Shown one piece after another: positions 52,112 through 62,351 of a DNA stretch of 64,000 bases. Location: positions 640,001-704,000 of the forward strand of contig CP143273.1 in NCBI GenBank assembly GCA_051013385.1, read 5' to 3'. Origin of the DNA: Phormidium sp. GTDB taxonomy: Bacteria > Cyanobacteriota > Cyanobacteriia > Cyanobacteriales > Aerosakkonemataceae. Position numbers and translations under genes: made by a program. Within the stretch, counting starts at the first letter, position 1; every line of letters starts with the position of its first letter. The notes under the pieces were generated by a model. That model saw nothing but the letters and a program-made list of their open reading frames with translations, did no database searches and was not told the DNA's origin.

Positions 52112-52927
52112 TTAGATGAAAACTCGGTGTTGCAGTGAGGGCATTTGACGGCGGACTTGTTCTAGGCGCTGGGGGTCGATTTCTGCTACGGCTACTCCTG
52201 GTCGATCGCCCCCGGCATCGGCTAAAATTACTCCCCAAGGATCGACGATCATGGCGTGTCCGTGCGTCTGTCTCATGGCGTAATGTCTACCTGTTTGGGC
52301 TGGGGCGATGACATAACAGGTGTTTTCGATCGCTCTAGCTTGTAACAACACCTGCCAATGATCTTTACCAGTGTAAGCGGTGAAGGCGGCGGGAACAAAC
52401 AATACTTCGGCTCCCATTTGCGATAAGTGACGGTACAGTTCCGGGAAGCGCACGTCGTAACATACGGAAAGTCCCAAATTTCCCAGTTCTTTAGATGGGT
52501 AAATCGGGGGAATGCGTGTTCCTGCCATGACGGTGCTAGATTCGCGATAGGTGTTACCGTCGGGTAAGTCAACGTCGAATAGGTGTACTTTTTGGTAACA
52601 GGCAAGTTCTACACCATTGGGATCGATGAGCAAAGCTGTGTTGTAAACTCTGCCATTATCTAAGGGTACGGGAAATCCGCCGCCTAAGATGGTGATTTGG
52701 AAGCGTTGCGCCATTGTTTTGAGAAATTTTTCGCTTTTTTGCGCGATCGCTTCTGCTTGAGCAATTTTATCTTTTTCTTCGCCCATGAAGGAGAAGTTTT
52801 CTGGTAAGCTGACTAATTCAGCACCCCGACGCACGGCGAGGTCGATTAATTCTTCTGCCTGAATCAGATTTTTTTCTAAATCAGGTACACTGGTCATTTG
52901 AATGGCTGCGGCGAGATAAGGCTTCAT
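52112..52927 (-). CDS. Carbon-nitrogen hydrolase (Nit1/deaminated glutathione amidase-like)
   Basis: E-K-C triad motifs LPENF, YQKVHLFD and VCYDVRFPE, plus ARAIEN. Confidence 0.93.
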   Translation of the reverse strand: MKPYLAAAIQMTSVPDLEKNLIQAEELIDLAVRRGAELVSLPENFSFMGEEKDKIAQAEAIAQKSEKFLKTMAQRFQITILGGGFPVPLDNGRVYNTALLIDPNGVELACYQKVHLFDVDLPDGNTYRESSTVMAGTRIPPIYPSKELGNLGLSVCYDVRFPELYRHLSQMGAEVLFVPAAFTAYTGKDHWQVLLQARAIENTCYVIAPAQTGRHYAMRQTHGHAMIVDPWGVILADAGGDRPGVAVAEIDPQRLEQVRRQMPSLQHRVFI

Positions 52928-53004
52928 AAGTTCAATTAAGTAAAATAAAGCAAAATTCGGCTTCTGTTTAATCTCAATCTTCAGTCGTCTCTAATACAGA
53001 AGTA

Positions 53005-54350
53005 TTGACACTCATCACCGTTAATCCTGACGGATGTAACGGGAGATTCTTAAGAGATTTTCACTCTTAAAGGTTGTGCCAAACAACCTCTAGACAGTCC
53101 GAAATTACTTTCATTCTGCTTACTTAAATGTTTTCTCAAGATGTTAGCCGCACCATTAATATCAGCGTTAATCAACCAACCTTGCTTGGTGCGATACAAA
53201 CCTCTTTTGACTCGTTTACCGGAAAACTTCCGCGGCTCTGGATTGTCAGCGTTATAAACCGGAATCACATCATTGTTGAGAAAACTTGCTTGGGAAGTGT
53301 AACTTTCCTCTTGCTCAAAAAATTCAATTCCGTAACGACTACAGAGGCTTTCCAGCTTGAGTCTGAGTACGGATACAGGAACTTGTACAAAGTTCTGATT
53401 GTTGCGTTTTCCGAGATTAATTTCTTGTTTAATCCCTGGATTGTACCCCACAACAACTTTGTTAATTCCTTGCTCAATACAGTGATTAATAATGTATCGA
53501 GCCGATTTGTTGAGATTATCTCTAACCTTTTGGTTGCGTCTATCTGTCAACCTAGCTTGTTGCTCTGTAATTCCTTTAATGCCTTGCTTGTCTTTAATAG
53601 ACTGCAACTCGGAATTACGTTTGTTGTACCACTGATTAATAGACTTCAACCTTTTACCATCAATAATGAAGCTTCGCTCCTTTGTGGTAACGCAGCTTGC
53701 GAGGTTGCCAAGACCCAAGTCAATAGCCAATGTATGACTTGATTCGGTCTTATTAATTACCTCATCAGGTGTTTCATAAATGTAAGCAACATCAAAGAAT
53801 CTAGCTTTAAATTTGGGCAATATACGAATTTCTTTAATCCGCTTATCCCTCAACTTTGGAGGTATTTCAACGTAGAGCGAGCCGTGAGTGCGTTTAAATT
53901 CCCTAGATGTGGGAATCATAAACTTCCAATCTGGAAATTTCTGTCTAGCACGAATTGGAATAATCAAAGGGAAATACCCTTCTTTATCCAAGTACTGAGG
54001 AAGGTTGATTTTTGCGTCATATCTTCCTTGCTGCTTGGCTTGAATAAGTCCAAAGAAAGATTGAAAACTTCGGTCTACAACTTTTAATGTTTGTTGACCA
54101 ATATCTGTCGCCAACAATTTGTAATTTTCGTTGGTTTTGCAGATGTGATAAGCAGACTCATAACGCAAGTGCTTACGCTCTTGAAAGAAGTATTGACGCA
54201 CCGTGTAAAGTCCTACATTGTAGAGGTTTTTACTCAGTCGGCACAACTGTTTCAAGATACTTTGCTCTCGGTTATTCAGTTTAAGTCTGTTGGTTTGAGT
54301 CAACAACATAAACGTAATCCGCTATACCGCTATATATTATCTATTTTAGC
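53005..54350 (-). mobile_element. tnpB-only IS200/IS605-superfamily element (left boundary approximate)
   Basis: Minus-strand right end ...CCGTTACATCCGTCAGGATTAACGGTGATGAGTGTCAA (hairpin then TCAA at 53008-53005). Upstream hairpin ATCCGCTA...TAGCGGAT at ~54317-54354. No tnpA. Confidence 0.75.
53050..54309 (-). CDS. tnpB: RNA-guided endonuclease TnpB
   Basis: N-terminal LYNVGLY, RuvC-I AIDLGLGNL, QEESYTSQ and RuvC-III INADINGAANI. Confidence 0.93.
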   Translation of the reverse strand: MLLTQTNRLKLNNREQSILKQLCRLSKNLYNVGLYTVRQYFFQERKHLRYESAYHICKTNENYKLLATDIGQQTLKVVDRSFQSFFGLIQAKQQGRYDAKINLPQYLDKEGYFPLIIPIRARQKFPDWKFMIPTSREFKRTHGSLYVEIPPKLRDKRIKEIRILPKFKARFFDVAYIYETPDEVINKTESSHTLAIDLGLGNLASCVTTKERSFIIDGKRLKSINQWYNKRNSELQSIKDKQGIKGITEQQARLTDRRNQKVRDNLNKSARYIINHCIEQGINKVVVGYNPGIKQEINLGKRNNQNFVQVPVSVLRLKLESLCSRYGIEFFEQEESYTSQASFLNNDVIPVYNADNPEPRKFSGKRVKRGLYRTKQGWLINADINGAANILRKHLSKQNESNFGLSRGCLAQPLRVKIS

Positions 54351-54398
54351 GGATAGGCTCAAAACTATAGTACTCTGTAAGTAAAGCTTTTCTGGGAG

Positions 54399-56096
54399 TT
54401 GTTTTTGCACTCTTCTATTTCCAGTTCTTTAGCTAATAGATTCGATGTTTTAGTAGTTGGGGCGGGTGCTGCTGGTCTCTATACAGCACTTTGTTTGCCA
54501 GAATCTTTACAAGTGGGCTTAATTACTAAGGATAGCTTGCCTTTATCTGCTAGTGATTGGGCTCAGGGGGGTATTGCTGCGGTTATTGATCCGAGTGATT
54601 CCCCAGAGTTGCATATTGAAGATACGATGCACGCTGGGGCTGGTCTTTGTGAGTTGGCAGCGGTAAAGTTTTTGGTGGAACAAGCTCCCGTTTGTATTGA
54701 TTCTTTGGTACAAATGGGGGTGGGTTTCGATCGCAAAGGTGAACGTTTAGCTTTGACTTTAGAAGCTGCACATTCCCGTCCTCGCGTGCTTCATGCTGCT
54801 GATACTACTGGCAGGGCTGTTGTCAGCACTCTCACTGCTAAAGTTTTGGAACGTGCTAATATTCAAGTGCTTTCGCCAGCTTTTGTTTTGGATCTTTGGC
54901 TCTGTGAAGGGCATTGTCAAGGGGTAAGTTTAATTTACCAAGGTGAGTTACTCTGGGTAAGTGCTCAAGCTGTGGTGTTAGCAACTGGGGGTGGGGGACA
55001 GGTATTTTGCCAAACTACTAATCCGGCAGTGAGTACGGGTGATGGGGTAGCATTGGCTTATCGTGCAGGTGCGATCGTCCGAGATTTGGAATTCTGCCAA
55101 TTTCATCCTACAGCTTTAATGAAACCAGATGCGCCACATTTTTTAATTAGCGAAGCTGTCAGGGGTGAAGGTGCTCATTTAATCGATTCTCAAGGCTATC
55201 GTTTTGCTTTTGATTATCACCCAAAAGGTGAACTTGCTCCCAGAGATGTTGTCAGTCGAGCGATTTTTCACCATTTACAACATACAGGCGAAGCGCATGG
55301 TTGGCTAGATTTACGCCCGATTCCCAAAGAAAAAATTAGCTATCGATTTCCGAATATTATCCAAGTTTGTCAGCATTGGGGAATTGATGTATTCTCAGAA
55401 CCAATTCCTGTTTCTCCTGCTGCTCATTATTGGATGGGAGGAATTTTAGTTGATTTAATGAATCAAACTTCAATTCCGGGATTATATGCTGTGGGGGAAA
55501 CTGCTAGTACGGGAGTTCACGGCGCTAACCGTTTGGCGAGTAATTCTCTGTTAGAGTGTATCGTGTTTGGTGCTCAAATGAGTAATTTACAGATTGAGAG
55601 CACAGCAGGGGATAGGGGGACAAGGGGACAAGGGGACGCGGAGAGTTCCTCTTGCCCCTCTGCCCCTCTGCCCCTCTGCCCCTCTGCCCCTCTGCCTTCT
55701 TTAGTTGAGTTGATTCGAGAGGAGTTACCGCGTTTGATGTGGCGGTTTGCGGGGATTTCGCGACGAGGGGATGAGTTGTTAGGTGCGATCGATCAAGTAG
55801 AATTATGGCAAAAAGACTTTGCTGCTTTGGAGTTTAGTCAATACTTACAAAATTTACAACCGTCGCAGAATGTTTTGTTAAATTTCCCGGACATAGAAGC
55901 ACAAATTAAACTCTGGGGAGAGACACGAAATCTTTTAGATGTGGCATACTTAATCCTCAGAAGCGCTATTTTCCGCACCGAAAGTCGTGGCGGTCACTAT
56001 CGCTCTGATTTTCCCGAAACTTCCCCCCAATGGCAAGCTCACACATTGATTCAAAATAACCAATGGTGGCAATCTTCTGGGGTTAAAAGTTTGTAG
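54399..56096 (+). CDS. nadB: L-aspartate oxidase
   Basis: Motifs GAGAAG, SDWAQGGIAA, EAAHSRPRVLH, QFHPT, LISEAVRGEG, HGANRLASNSLLE and RTESRGGHYRSDFP. Confidence 0.96.
   Translation: MFLHSSISSSLANRFDVLVVGAGAAGLYTALCLPESLQVGLITKDSLPLSASDWAQGGIAAVIDPSDSPELHIEDTMHAGAGLCELAAVKFLVEQAPVCIDSLVQMGVGFDRKGERLALTLEAAHSRPRVLHAADTTGRAVVSTLTAKVLERANIQVLSPAFVLDLWLCEGHCQGVSLIYQGELLWVSAQAVVLATGGGGQVFCQTTNPAVSTGDGVALAYRAGAIVRDLEFCQFHPTALMKPDAPHFLISEAVRGEGAHLIDSQGYRFAFDYHPKGELAPRDVVSRAIFHHLQHTGEAHGWLDLRPIPKEKISYRFPNIIQVCQHWGIDVFSEPIPVSPAAHYWMGGILVDLMNQTSIPGLYAVGETASTGVHGANRLASNSLLECIVFGAQMSNLQIESTAGDRGTRGQGDAESSSCPSAPLPLCPSAPLPSLVELIREELPRLMWRFAGISRRGDELLGAIDQVELWQKDFAALEFSQYLQNLQPSQNVLLNFPDIEAQIKLWGETRNLLDVAYLILRSAIFRTESRGGHYRSDFPETSPQWQAHTLIQNNQWWQSSGVKSL
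55608..55696. repeat. Short tandem repeats inside nadB (AGGGGACA-type then TGCCCCTC x5)
   Basis: Direct reading of the sequence; translated as GDRGTRGQGDAESSSCPSAPLPLCPSAPLP. Confidence 0.85.
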
Positions 56097-56166
56097 TAAC
56101 GACTTTAGTCGTTTCATTGATGGATAGAAGGACTAAAGTCCTTACAACGAACCAAGTTTATTATGA

Positions 56167-57453
56167 GTGATTGATCTGAGTTGTATGAAAAAGGCTCTGA
56201 GTTTAATTACTCTTAATGTGGGATTATTGATGATTGCTTACGGATGGTTGCTTGCTTTTTGGCAGCAATCTGTCAATATTAATCCGGTATCATCAGATTT
56301 TTTAATTCCAGAACTTCCCGATCCGCAAATTTTGCTTAGAGATTTTCCTAAACCTCCCAAGAGTTTACCAGTTTTGTCGCCTGTGAAAACTCCTTTACCT
56401 AATTATATGGGAATAGATGAGCAAATTTGGGGGAAAAATCAGCAAGCTGGGGATCAAATTGCCCTGTTAAAATCGATCGACAATAGTTTACGTTATCTCA
56501 CTTCTGCCCAAGCAATTACTGATTACCGAAAGTATACTATTGCGGGAATTACTCGCGATCGCGTAATTCGCAGTTTAACCAGATTTCGCCAATTAGTCAG
56601 AACTTCTGGTGACGCTGCACAACTTTGGGCGGCAGTACAAAAAGAGTTTGTCTTTTACCAGTCTATCGGTAGAGATGGGTTGGGAAATGTATTGTTTACT
56701 GCTTATTATGAACCTCTTTATGATGCTAGTCGCACTCCTACGTCGGAATATCGCTATCCTCTCTATCGTTCGCCACCTAATTTAAAATCTTGGTCTAAAC
56801 CTCATCCTACTAGAGAACAGTTGGAAGGAAAAGATGGTTTGCAAGGAAGCAAGGGTAAGTTAAAGGGATTAGAATTGTTTTGGTTGCGCGATCGCTTAGA
56901 AGCTTACTTAATTCACATTCAAGGTTCAGCGAAATTGCGGTTAACCGATGGTACGATTACCACTGTAGGTTACGCAGGGAATACGGCTTATAACTATAGT
57001 AGTATTGGTAAGGCTTTGGCAGATGATGGGAAGTTAGCGTTAAAAAATCTGACTCTGCCTGTGATTTGGCAATATTTTCACCAAAATCCTCAACAATTAG
57101 ATAATTATTTACCACGCGATCGCAGTTTTGTATTTTTTCAGGAAAACTATGGTCGTCCGGCGACGGGTAGCATTAGCGTACCATTAACCGCAGATAGATC
57201 GATCGCCACTGACAAATCAATTATGCCCCCCGGCGCTTTAGCTTTAATCCACGCACCTCTTCCCTACGCCGATGCTAATCAAAAAATCCAATTTAACACT
57301 GTGTCGCGCTACGTACTCGATCAAGATACAGGGGGAGCAATTAAAGGTGCTGGCAGGGTAGACTATTTCCTGGGAACTGGAAAAGTAGCTCAACAAAGGG
57401 CGGGAATGACTGTGAGTAATGGATATCTTTACTATTTGTTACTTAAACAGTAA
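56167..57453 (+). CDS. mltA: Lytic murein transglycosylase A
   Basis: Motifs FTAYYEP, IHIQGS, RSFVFF, RSIATD and DQDTGGAIKGAGRVDYFLG. Confidence 0.92.
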   Translation: MIDLSCMKKALSLITLNVGLLMIAYGWLLAFWQQSVNINPVSSDFLIPELPDPQILLRDFPKPPKSLPVLSPVKTPLPNYMGIDEQIWGKNQQAGDQIALLKSIDNSLRYLTSAQAITDYRKYTIAGITRDRVIRSLTRFRQLVRTSGDAAQLWAAVQKEFVFYQSIGRDGLGNVLFTAYYEPLYDASRTPTSEYRYPLYRSPPNLKSWSKPHPTREQLEGKDGLQGSKGKLKGLELFWLRDRLEAYLIHIQGSAKLRLTDGTITTVGYAGNTAYNYSSIGKALADDGKLALKNLTLPVIWQYFHQNPQQLDNYLPRDRSFVFFQENYGRPATGSISVPLTADRSIATDKSIMPPGALALIHAPLPYADANQKIQFNTVSRYVLDQDTGGAIKGAGRVDYFLGTGKVAQQRAGMTVSNGYLYYLLLKQ

Positions 57454-57494
57454 ACAAGATTTTGGTAGGTGCGATCGCAAATAAATCCCAAAAT

Positions 57495-57710
57495 TTACCT
57501 AGTTCCAGAACCTTGATTTGCGCTTTCTGGCTCACCATTGTTTGGTGGACTGTAATTATTATACAGATGTAATACTTGGTTAGACGTAGCCTCAGAGGAA
57601 AAATTTCTCAGGTGATTGTCGATCGCAGTAGCACTCGATCTCTCAGGAGTAACTAATTGTAATCCCGCAATCAGTGTTCCTAAACCTACTAACCTCAAAA
57701 AGGTACTCAT
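57495..57710 (-). CDS. Small secreted peptide
   Basis: 71 aa with a signal-peptide-like N-terminus and C-terminal YSPPNNGEPESANQGSGTR. Confidence 0.6.
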   Translation of the reverse strand: MSTFLRLVGLGTLIAGLQLVTPERSSATAIDNHLRNFSSEATSNQVLHLYNNYSPPNNGEPESANQGSGTR

Positions 57711-57953
57711 AGTGCGTCAAACCTTGTCTGCTCAATTTCTAGTATATATGCTTAACCAAGAAAAATCGGTAATTACCCGGAAAATTATGATTGATAAATA
57801 AATAAAACTGATTTTTCCCAGTTCAGTAAGCTTCGGGCTGGTCTTGCTGTACTTTCTATTTCAGCAGAAAATTTCCCCTTAGTAAATATACTTAAGATAG
57901 ATTTTCGATATTTGTCAGTAATATTACAGATTTACAACAAATATTAAAGAAAC

Positions 57954-60176
57954 TTAAAAAAAGGTGTAGTTATTTTTTCCTAATTCCTTAGCTGAGTACA
58001 TAGCAGCATCAGCGTTTTTAATCAAAGTTTCTATATCCTCACCATTTAGGGGATAGACGCTAATCCCGATGCTAGTGGAGATGTAAATTTTGTGACCTTG
58101 CAAAACAAAAGGTTGATTAATCGTTGTGAGAATTTTGTCAGCGACTCTAGCAATATCATTTAAAGAGGGAATCCCAGGTAGAATAACTGTAAACTCGTCG
58201 CCGCCTAAACGCGAAACAGTATCACTGCTGCGTAAGCAACGTTTGAGTCGTTCAGCTACAGTTTGCAAGAGTAGATCTCCGATATCATGTCCTTTGGTAT
58301 CGTTAATTAGTTTAAAGCCATCCAAATCTAAGAATAGCAAAGCTACTAAGTGATGATTTTGACTTGCCCATTCGATTGACTGACTCAAGCGTTCGTAAAA
58401 AAGTTTCCGATTAGGTAAGCCAGTCAGGGTATCGTGGTAAGCTAAGTAGCGCAAACGGTCTTCAGAAACTTTTAACTCTGTATTGTAACGAGCTAACTCG
58501 TCGGCGGTACGTTTGAGGTGTTCTTCTAATTGCTTACGTTCAGTAATGTCACGAATTATGCCTACTAAAAAGATGTTACCTGCGGGATCTTTATGCAGCG
58601 ATCTTTTAGTAGCAATATGATGAGTAATGCCTTGAGAGTTAGTGAATTGTTCTTCGTTTTCTGTTGCGTCACCGCTTTGAAATACCAATTCATCTTGCTG
58701 CCAAAAGTTATGGGCTTCATGGTTAGGAAAAAAATCAAAATCTGATTTTTCTAGGAGAATTTCTAAGGGATAACCAATAAATTTAGAGTAGGCTTGGTTT
58801 AAGACAATCCAGCGATGTTCTTTGTCTTTAACAAAAATTGGATCGGGAATAGCATCAATGAGATTTTGTAAGAATTCTTTGGAACGTTTTAATTCTTCTT
58901 TTAAGTGAGCGATCAAGGCTGTAATGATGATAGACGAGCCTAAAAGTCCTAACATGGGCGGGAAAAAGGGCAACCACAAACCTACTAAAAATGCCAAATA
59001 GCTAATAATAAATAGGGCAAATGTGGCGAAAAATATCAGAATTAGGGAAAGTTTTACAGAGGACGATCGCCAAATAACAATTCCCCCCAACCAACTCCAA
59101 AGAAAAATCCATAATGATTCTAAGGATTCCGGCAAGACTTGAAATAAAACTGTTTTTCCTTGAGAGGCATTGAGAATTTGGCTAAGAAAATTTGCTTGCA
59201 ATTCTACGCCGGAAATTGGTTTTGCGCCGCTAATAAAAAGACCAGTGCTGTAAGGGATGAAGAAAAAATCTTTCAGGGATTCAGCCGTTGAGCCAATTAA
59301 GACGATGCGATCGCGCACCCACTCGGCAGGTACATCCCCAGATAACATTTGTGCCATAGAAACGGTGCGAAAGCTACCTGCTGGCCCTTGGAAATTAGCT
59401 AAAATTTGGTAGCCACCAGCATCAGCCCTCACGTAACCACCGTCATAGGGTTGAAAGCGATCGAATCTAGCTTTACCTAGCTGTAAATAACCACTATGGT
59501 CTTTAGCAGACTGCGGTTTAATACCTTCTGCTTGAAGATACCTAAAAGCCAACTTAAGAGCAAAACTAGTCCGAGGTTTATTGTTGATATGCCAATACAA
59601 TAAATTGCGACGTACCTTGCCATCAGGATCGATAACTACATTGTTGAAACCTACTCGCTCTTCCTGTTTCAAAACTGGCGATGCTGCTACTCCCGGACTA
59701 TTTTTGCTGCTTAGTTGCTCAATGCCAACTAAGTTAGTTGTTGTCTGTGCCGCCTTTAACCACTCTGTATGACCGGGCTGAACAGGTAGATCTCTGTAGA
59801 TATCTAAACCAATAGCACGGGGTTGCAGAGAACTGATTTTTTTGATTAACTGTGCCATATTGCGATCGGGAATCGGCCAACGACCAAGGCGCTGGATGTC
59901 TCCCTCTTCAATACCCACAATTAAGATTCGTTCATCAACTAATTGGGGTGGACGTAACCGAAAAAACTGATCGAAAGCTTCCCATTCCCCAAACTGCAAC
60001 AATCCCATCAGTCGCAGGGAAATTAAACCAGCCGCAACAATGCTTACGCTAATCCATACCCTTCGATCTTTCAAAAGCCGTTGCTTGACTTTTCTCCCCA
60101 GCCTTTTGCCGCTAATGGTTAACTGTTTAATCATCAAAAATCCTTGGGGCTGAAACCTATCTTTAATTATTGACAC
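57954..60176 (-). CDS. CHASE2-PAS-GGDEF diguanylate cyclase
   Basis: CHASE2 (WPIPD, AIGLDIYRDLP, DPDGKVRR), 3 TM segments, PAS, and YHDTLTGLPNR...RLGGDEF. Confidence 0.95.
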   Translation of the reverse strand: MSIIKDRFQPQGFLMIKQLTISGKRLGRKVKQRLLKDRRVWISVSIVAAGLISLRLMGLLQFGEWEAFDQFFRLRPPQLVDERILIVGIEEGDIQRLGRWPIPDRNMAQLIKKISSLQPRAIGLDIYRDLPVQPGHTEWLKAAQTTTNLVGIEQLSSKNSPGVAASPVLKQEERVGFNNVVIDPDGKVRRNLLYWHINNKPRTSFALKLAFRYLQAEGIKPQSAKDHSGYLQLGKARFDRFQPYDGGYVRADAGGYQILANFQGPAGSFRTVSMAQMLSGDVPAEWVRDRIVLIGSTAESLKDFFFIPYSTGLFISGAKPISGVELQANFLSQILNASQGKTVLFQVLPESLESLWIFLWSWLGGIVIWRSSSVKLSLILIFFATFALFIISYLAFLVGLWLPFFPPMLGLLGSSIIITALIAHLKEELKRSKEFLQNLIDAIPDPIFVKDKEHRWIVLNQAYSKFIGYPLEILLEKSDFDFFPNHEAHNFWQQDELVFQSGDATENEEQFTNSQGITHHIATKRSLHKDPAGNIFLVGIIRDITERKQLEEHLKRTADELARYNTELKVSEDRLRYLAYHDTLTGLPNRKLFYERLSQSIEWASQNHHLVALLFLDLDGFKLINDTKGHDIGDLLLQTVAERLKRCLRSSDTVSRLGGDEFTVILPGIPSLNDIARVADKILTTINQPFVLQGHKIYISTSIGISVYPLNGEDIETLIKNADAAMYSAKELGKNNYTFF

Positions 60177-60224
60177 TCTCCCGCTACACCGTTAGGTTAA
60201 TGGTCTTATTTTGTAGGAGTGACC

Positions 60225-60271
60225 CTAAAATAACACTCTGGTAGCGGTTAGCAACCAGAGTGTTATTTTAG
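60225..60271. terminator. Long hairpin downstream of the VKOR gene
   Basis: 18 bp stem CTAAAATAACACTCTGGT / ACCAGAGTGTTATTTTAG. Confidence 0.65.
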
Positions 60272-60292
60272 AGAAAATAGGTTTTCTCAGAT

Positions 60293-61243
60293 TTACCGCC
60301 CTGGAAGTGTATTTTTGAAGTTACGAGGGCCTTTGTAATCTGTTAAATCAGCGAGTTTTTCTAAGGACTGTGTACCTTCGTACAACTGCCCTTTAATTTC
60401 CCAAGTTGGATAACCTTTAATCTTGGCTTTTTGACAGAGTTGTGGTCGAGGATTTACACCTTTAGGGTCACATTCAACGTAATCTAGTTCAACAGAAGCT
60501 TCTTTACCAAATAATTCTTTTTGATCGTGACAGTGGGGACACCAGTAAGCACCGTATTCTTTTGCCCCTGCTTGTGTCAAATGGCGTGCTAGAGCGATTT
60601 CTGCTGGGCCGGAGGTGTTTTGAATTGGCTTACCAGCTTCTCCAACGACGGTAGTATTACCAGCGGTGGTGGTGGGTGTTCTGGCGCTGGCATAAACGCC
60701 AAGTGTGCCAATTAAGGCGATCATGCCGACTACAATACCAGTAAAGAATAGCTGCCCGACATCTTCCCAGGTATGACCGAATAAGGTAATTACGAATAGG
60801 GCGATCGAAAATACGGTTGAGAACAGACAATAAATACACAATTTTCCGATCGCAAAGACCATTAAATAAAGCAGATAACCGCTGAAGAACAACATGGCGG
60901 TTGCACCTGCAAACAACGCCAACCAAGTTATTTGTTCCATTTTGGAACGCAGGGCTTTTTGTTCTTGGGGGTTAATTAATAATGGCCCTAATGCTAAAGC
61001 TGCCATACCTGCGTAGGCGAAGAAACCAAAGACTGATAAAGGTATGCCAAAAATTTTGGCATAGTTACTACTTAATACAGCGTTACAGTCAATGATGCTA
61101 GTGGTAGGACAAAGAGCTTCTTTGAGTACTCCCCACTCGACTAAGGTGAGGTAAATGGTGTCGAGAATTCCAAAAAGGGCGATCGCGGCAATCAAAATCC
61201 GCGACCAGCGATGAAGCCAAGGAGTAGAACGTCGGCGAATCAT
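60293..61243 (-). CDS. Vitamin K epoxide reductase family protein fused to a thioredoxin-like domain
   Basis: Motifs CNAVLSSNYA, CIYC in the TM region, and YGAYWCPHC...GYPTW. Confidence 0.93.
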   Translation of the reverse strand: MIRRRSTPWLHRWSRILIAAIALFGILDTIYLTLVEWGVLKEALCPTTSIIDCNAVLSSNYAKIFGIPLSVFGFFAYAGMAALALGPLLINPQEQKALRSKMEQITWLALFAGATAMLFFSGYLLYLMVFAIGKLCIYCLFSTVFSIALFVITLFGHTWEDVGQLFFTGIVVGMIALIGTLGVYASARTPTTTAGNTTVVGEAGKPIQNTSGPAEIALARHLTQAGAKEYGAYWCPHCHDQKELFGKEASVELDYVECDPKGVNPRPQLCQKAKIKGYPTWEIKGQLYEGTQSLEKLADLTDYKGPRNFKNTLPGR

Positions 61244-61357
61244 AAAATTTACAGCCTTGCTATCTCATACAATCTGACTATAGTTTGCCAATTAATTCCC
61301 ATTGTGAACTATAGACCTCAATTCAACATTCTCTAGTCTTGTTAACTGATGATTAGA

Positions 61358-62263
61358 CTAAGAATGCAATTTTATTGACGACATTGGGTGGGGTTGAAGT
61401 TTCCCAGATATGCTGTGTCGCATGGCTTCTACAAATTGACTTACCCGAATTGGATCGACTGCTTGTTCGCGTTTGCCGTGACGTTTTAGGGAACTGGAGA
61501 CAATTACACCATCTGCTGCTTGCATTAAGGTAGAAATATTTTCCCAACTCGCGCCACTACCGATAAATACGGGTGTGTCGCTGGCTGCGGCTTTGGCTAA
61601 CTCTAGGTCTTCTAAACTGGGAGGACTACCTGTGGCCCAACCAGATAAAATTACTGCGTCAGCTAAACCTCGTTCGATCGTATCTTGTACTGCTGTAGTG
61701 AGATTAGGCGAACCTAAAGGTCTGGCGTGTTTAACTAATACATCTGCCAAAATTTTGATATCGCTGCCTAATTCTCGGCGATATCTTAGTAGTTGATGCG
61801 CTTGTCCTTCGATTAATCCTTGATCGGTAGCCATTACGCCTGTGAGGACGTTGACGCGGATAAACTGAGCTTTGACACAACTGGCGATCGCCAGAGCACT
61901 ATGAGCATCATTCCGCAATACGTTGATTCCCACTGGTAATGTCACCAAGTTCATCACTCGATCCACAACTAAGGTCATGGCGCTGACTACCGCTGGATCT
62001 ACTTGGCTGTTGGTGAAAGGCGCATCGAAGAAATTTTCCACCATAATCCCATCGACACCGCCAGATGCCAAGGCTGTGGCTTCTTGTTCGGCGCGATCGA
62101 TCACTGCTTTTAAATTGCCTCCCCAGCGGGGGGAAGTGGGTAGCGGCAATAGATGAACTACTCCAATAATCGGATTTGGTGTCCTAAAAATTTGCTTCAA
62201 GTCCACGTTATTTTTGCTTTTTTCGGACTCGTCAATGCGTCCTGGTAGTTGGTCACTAGTCAA
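61358..62263 (-). CDS. btpA: Photosystem I biogenesis protein BtpA
   Basis: Motifs IIGVVHLLPLP, ENFFDAPF, GINVLRND, ADVLVKHA and PVFIGSG. Confidence 0.93.
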   Translation of the reverse strand: MTSDQLPGRIDESEKSKNNVDLKQIFRTPNPIIGVVHLLPLPTSPRWGGNLKAVIDRAEQEATALASGGVDGIMVENFFDAPFTNSQVDPAVVSAMTLVVDRVMNLVTLPVGINVLRNDAHSALAIASCVKAQFIRVNVLTGVMATDQGLIEGQAHQLLRYRRELGSDIKILADVLVKHARPLGSPNLTTAVQDTIERGLADAVILSGWATGSPPSLEDLELAKAAASDTPVFIGSGASWENISTLMQAADGVIVSSSLKRHGKREQAVDPIRVSQFVEAMRHSISGKLQPHPMSSIKLHS

Positions 62264-62351
62264 TAAATTTTATCTGACTACTGACTCTTGATTTATCTAA
62301 CCTATTTTATCAGGCTTGTGGTATCTCTATCTCTAGTGTCGCTTCCTGACT

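Noticed and set aside
50830..53742. Long alternative-frame or antisense ORFs (50830-51321, 50869-51261, 52273-52605, 53128-53742)
   Set aside because: They are shadows of well-supported genes and have no recognisable motifs.
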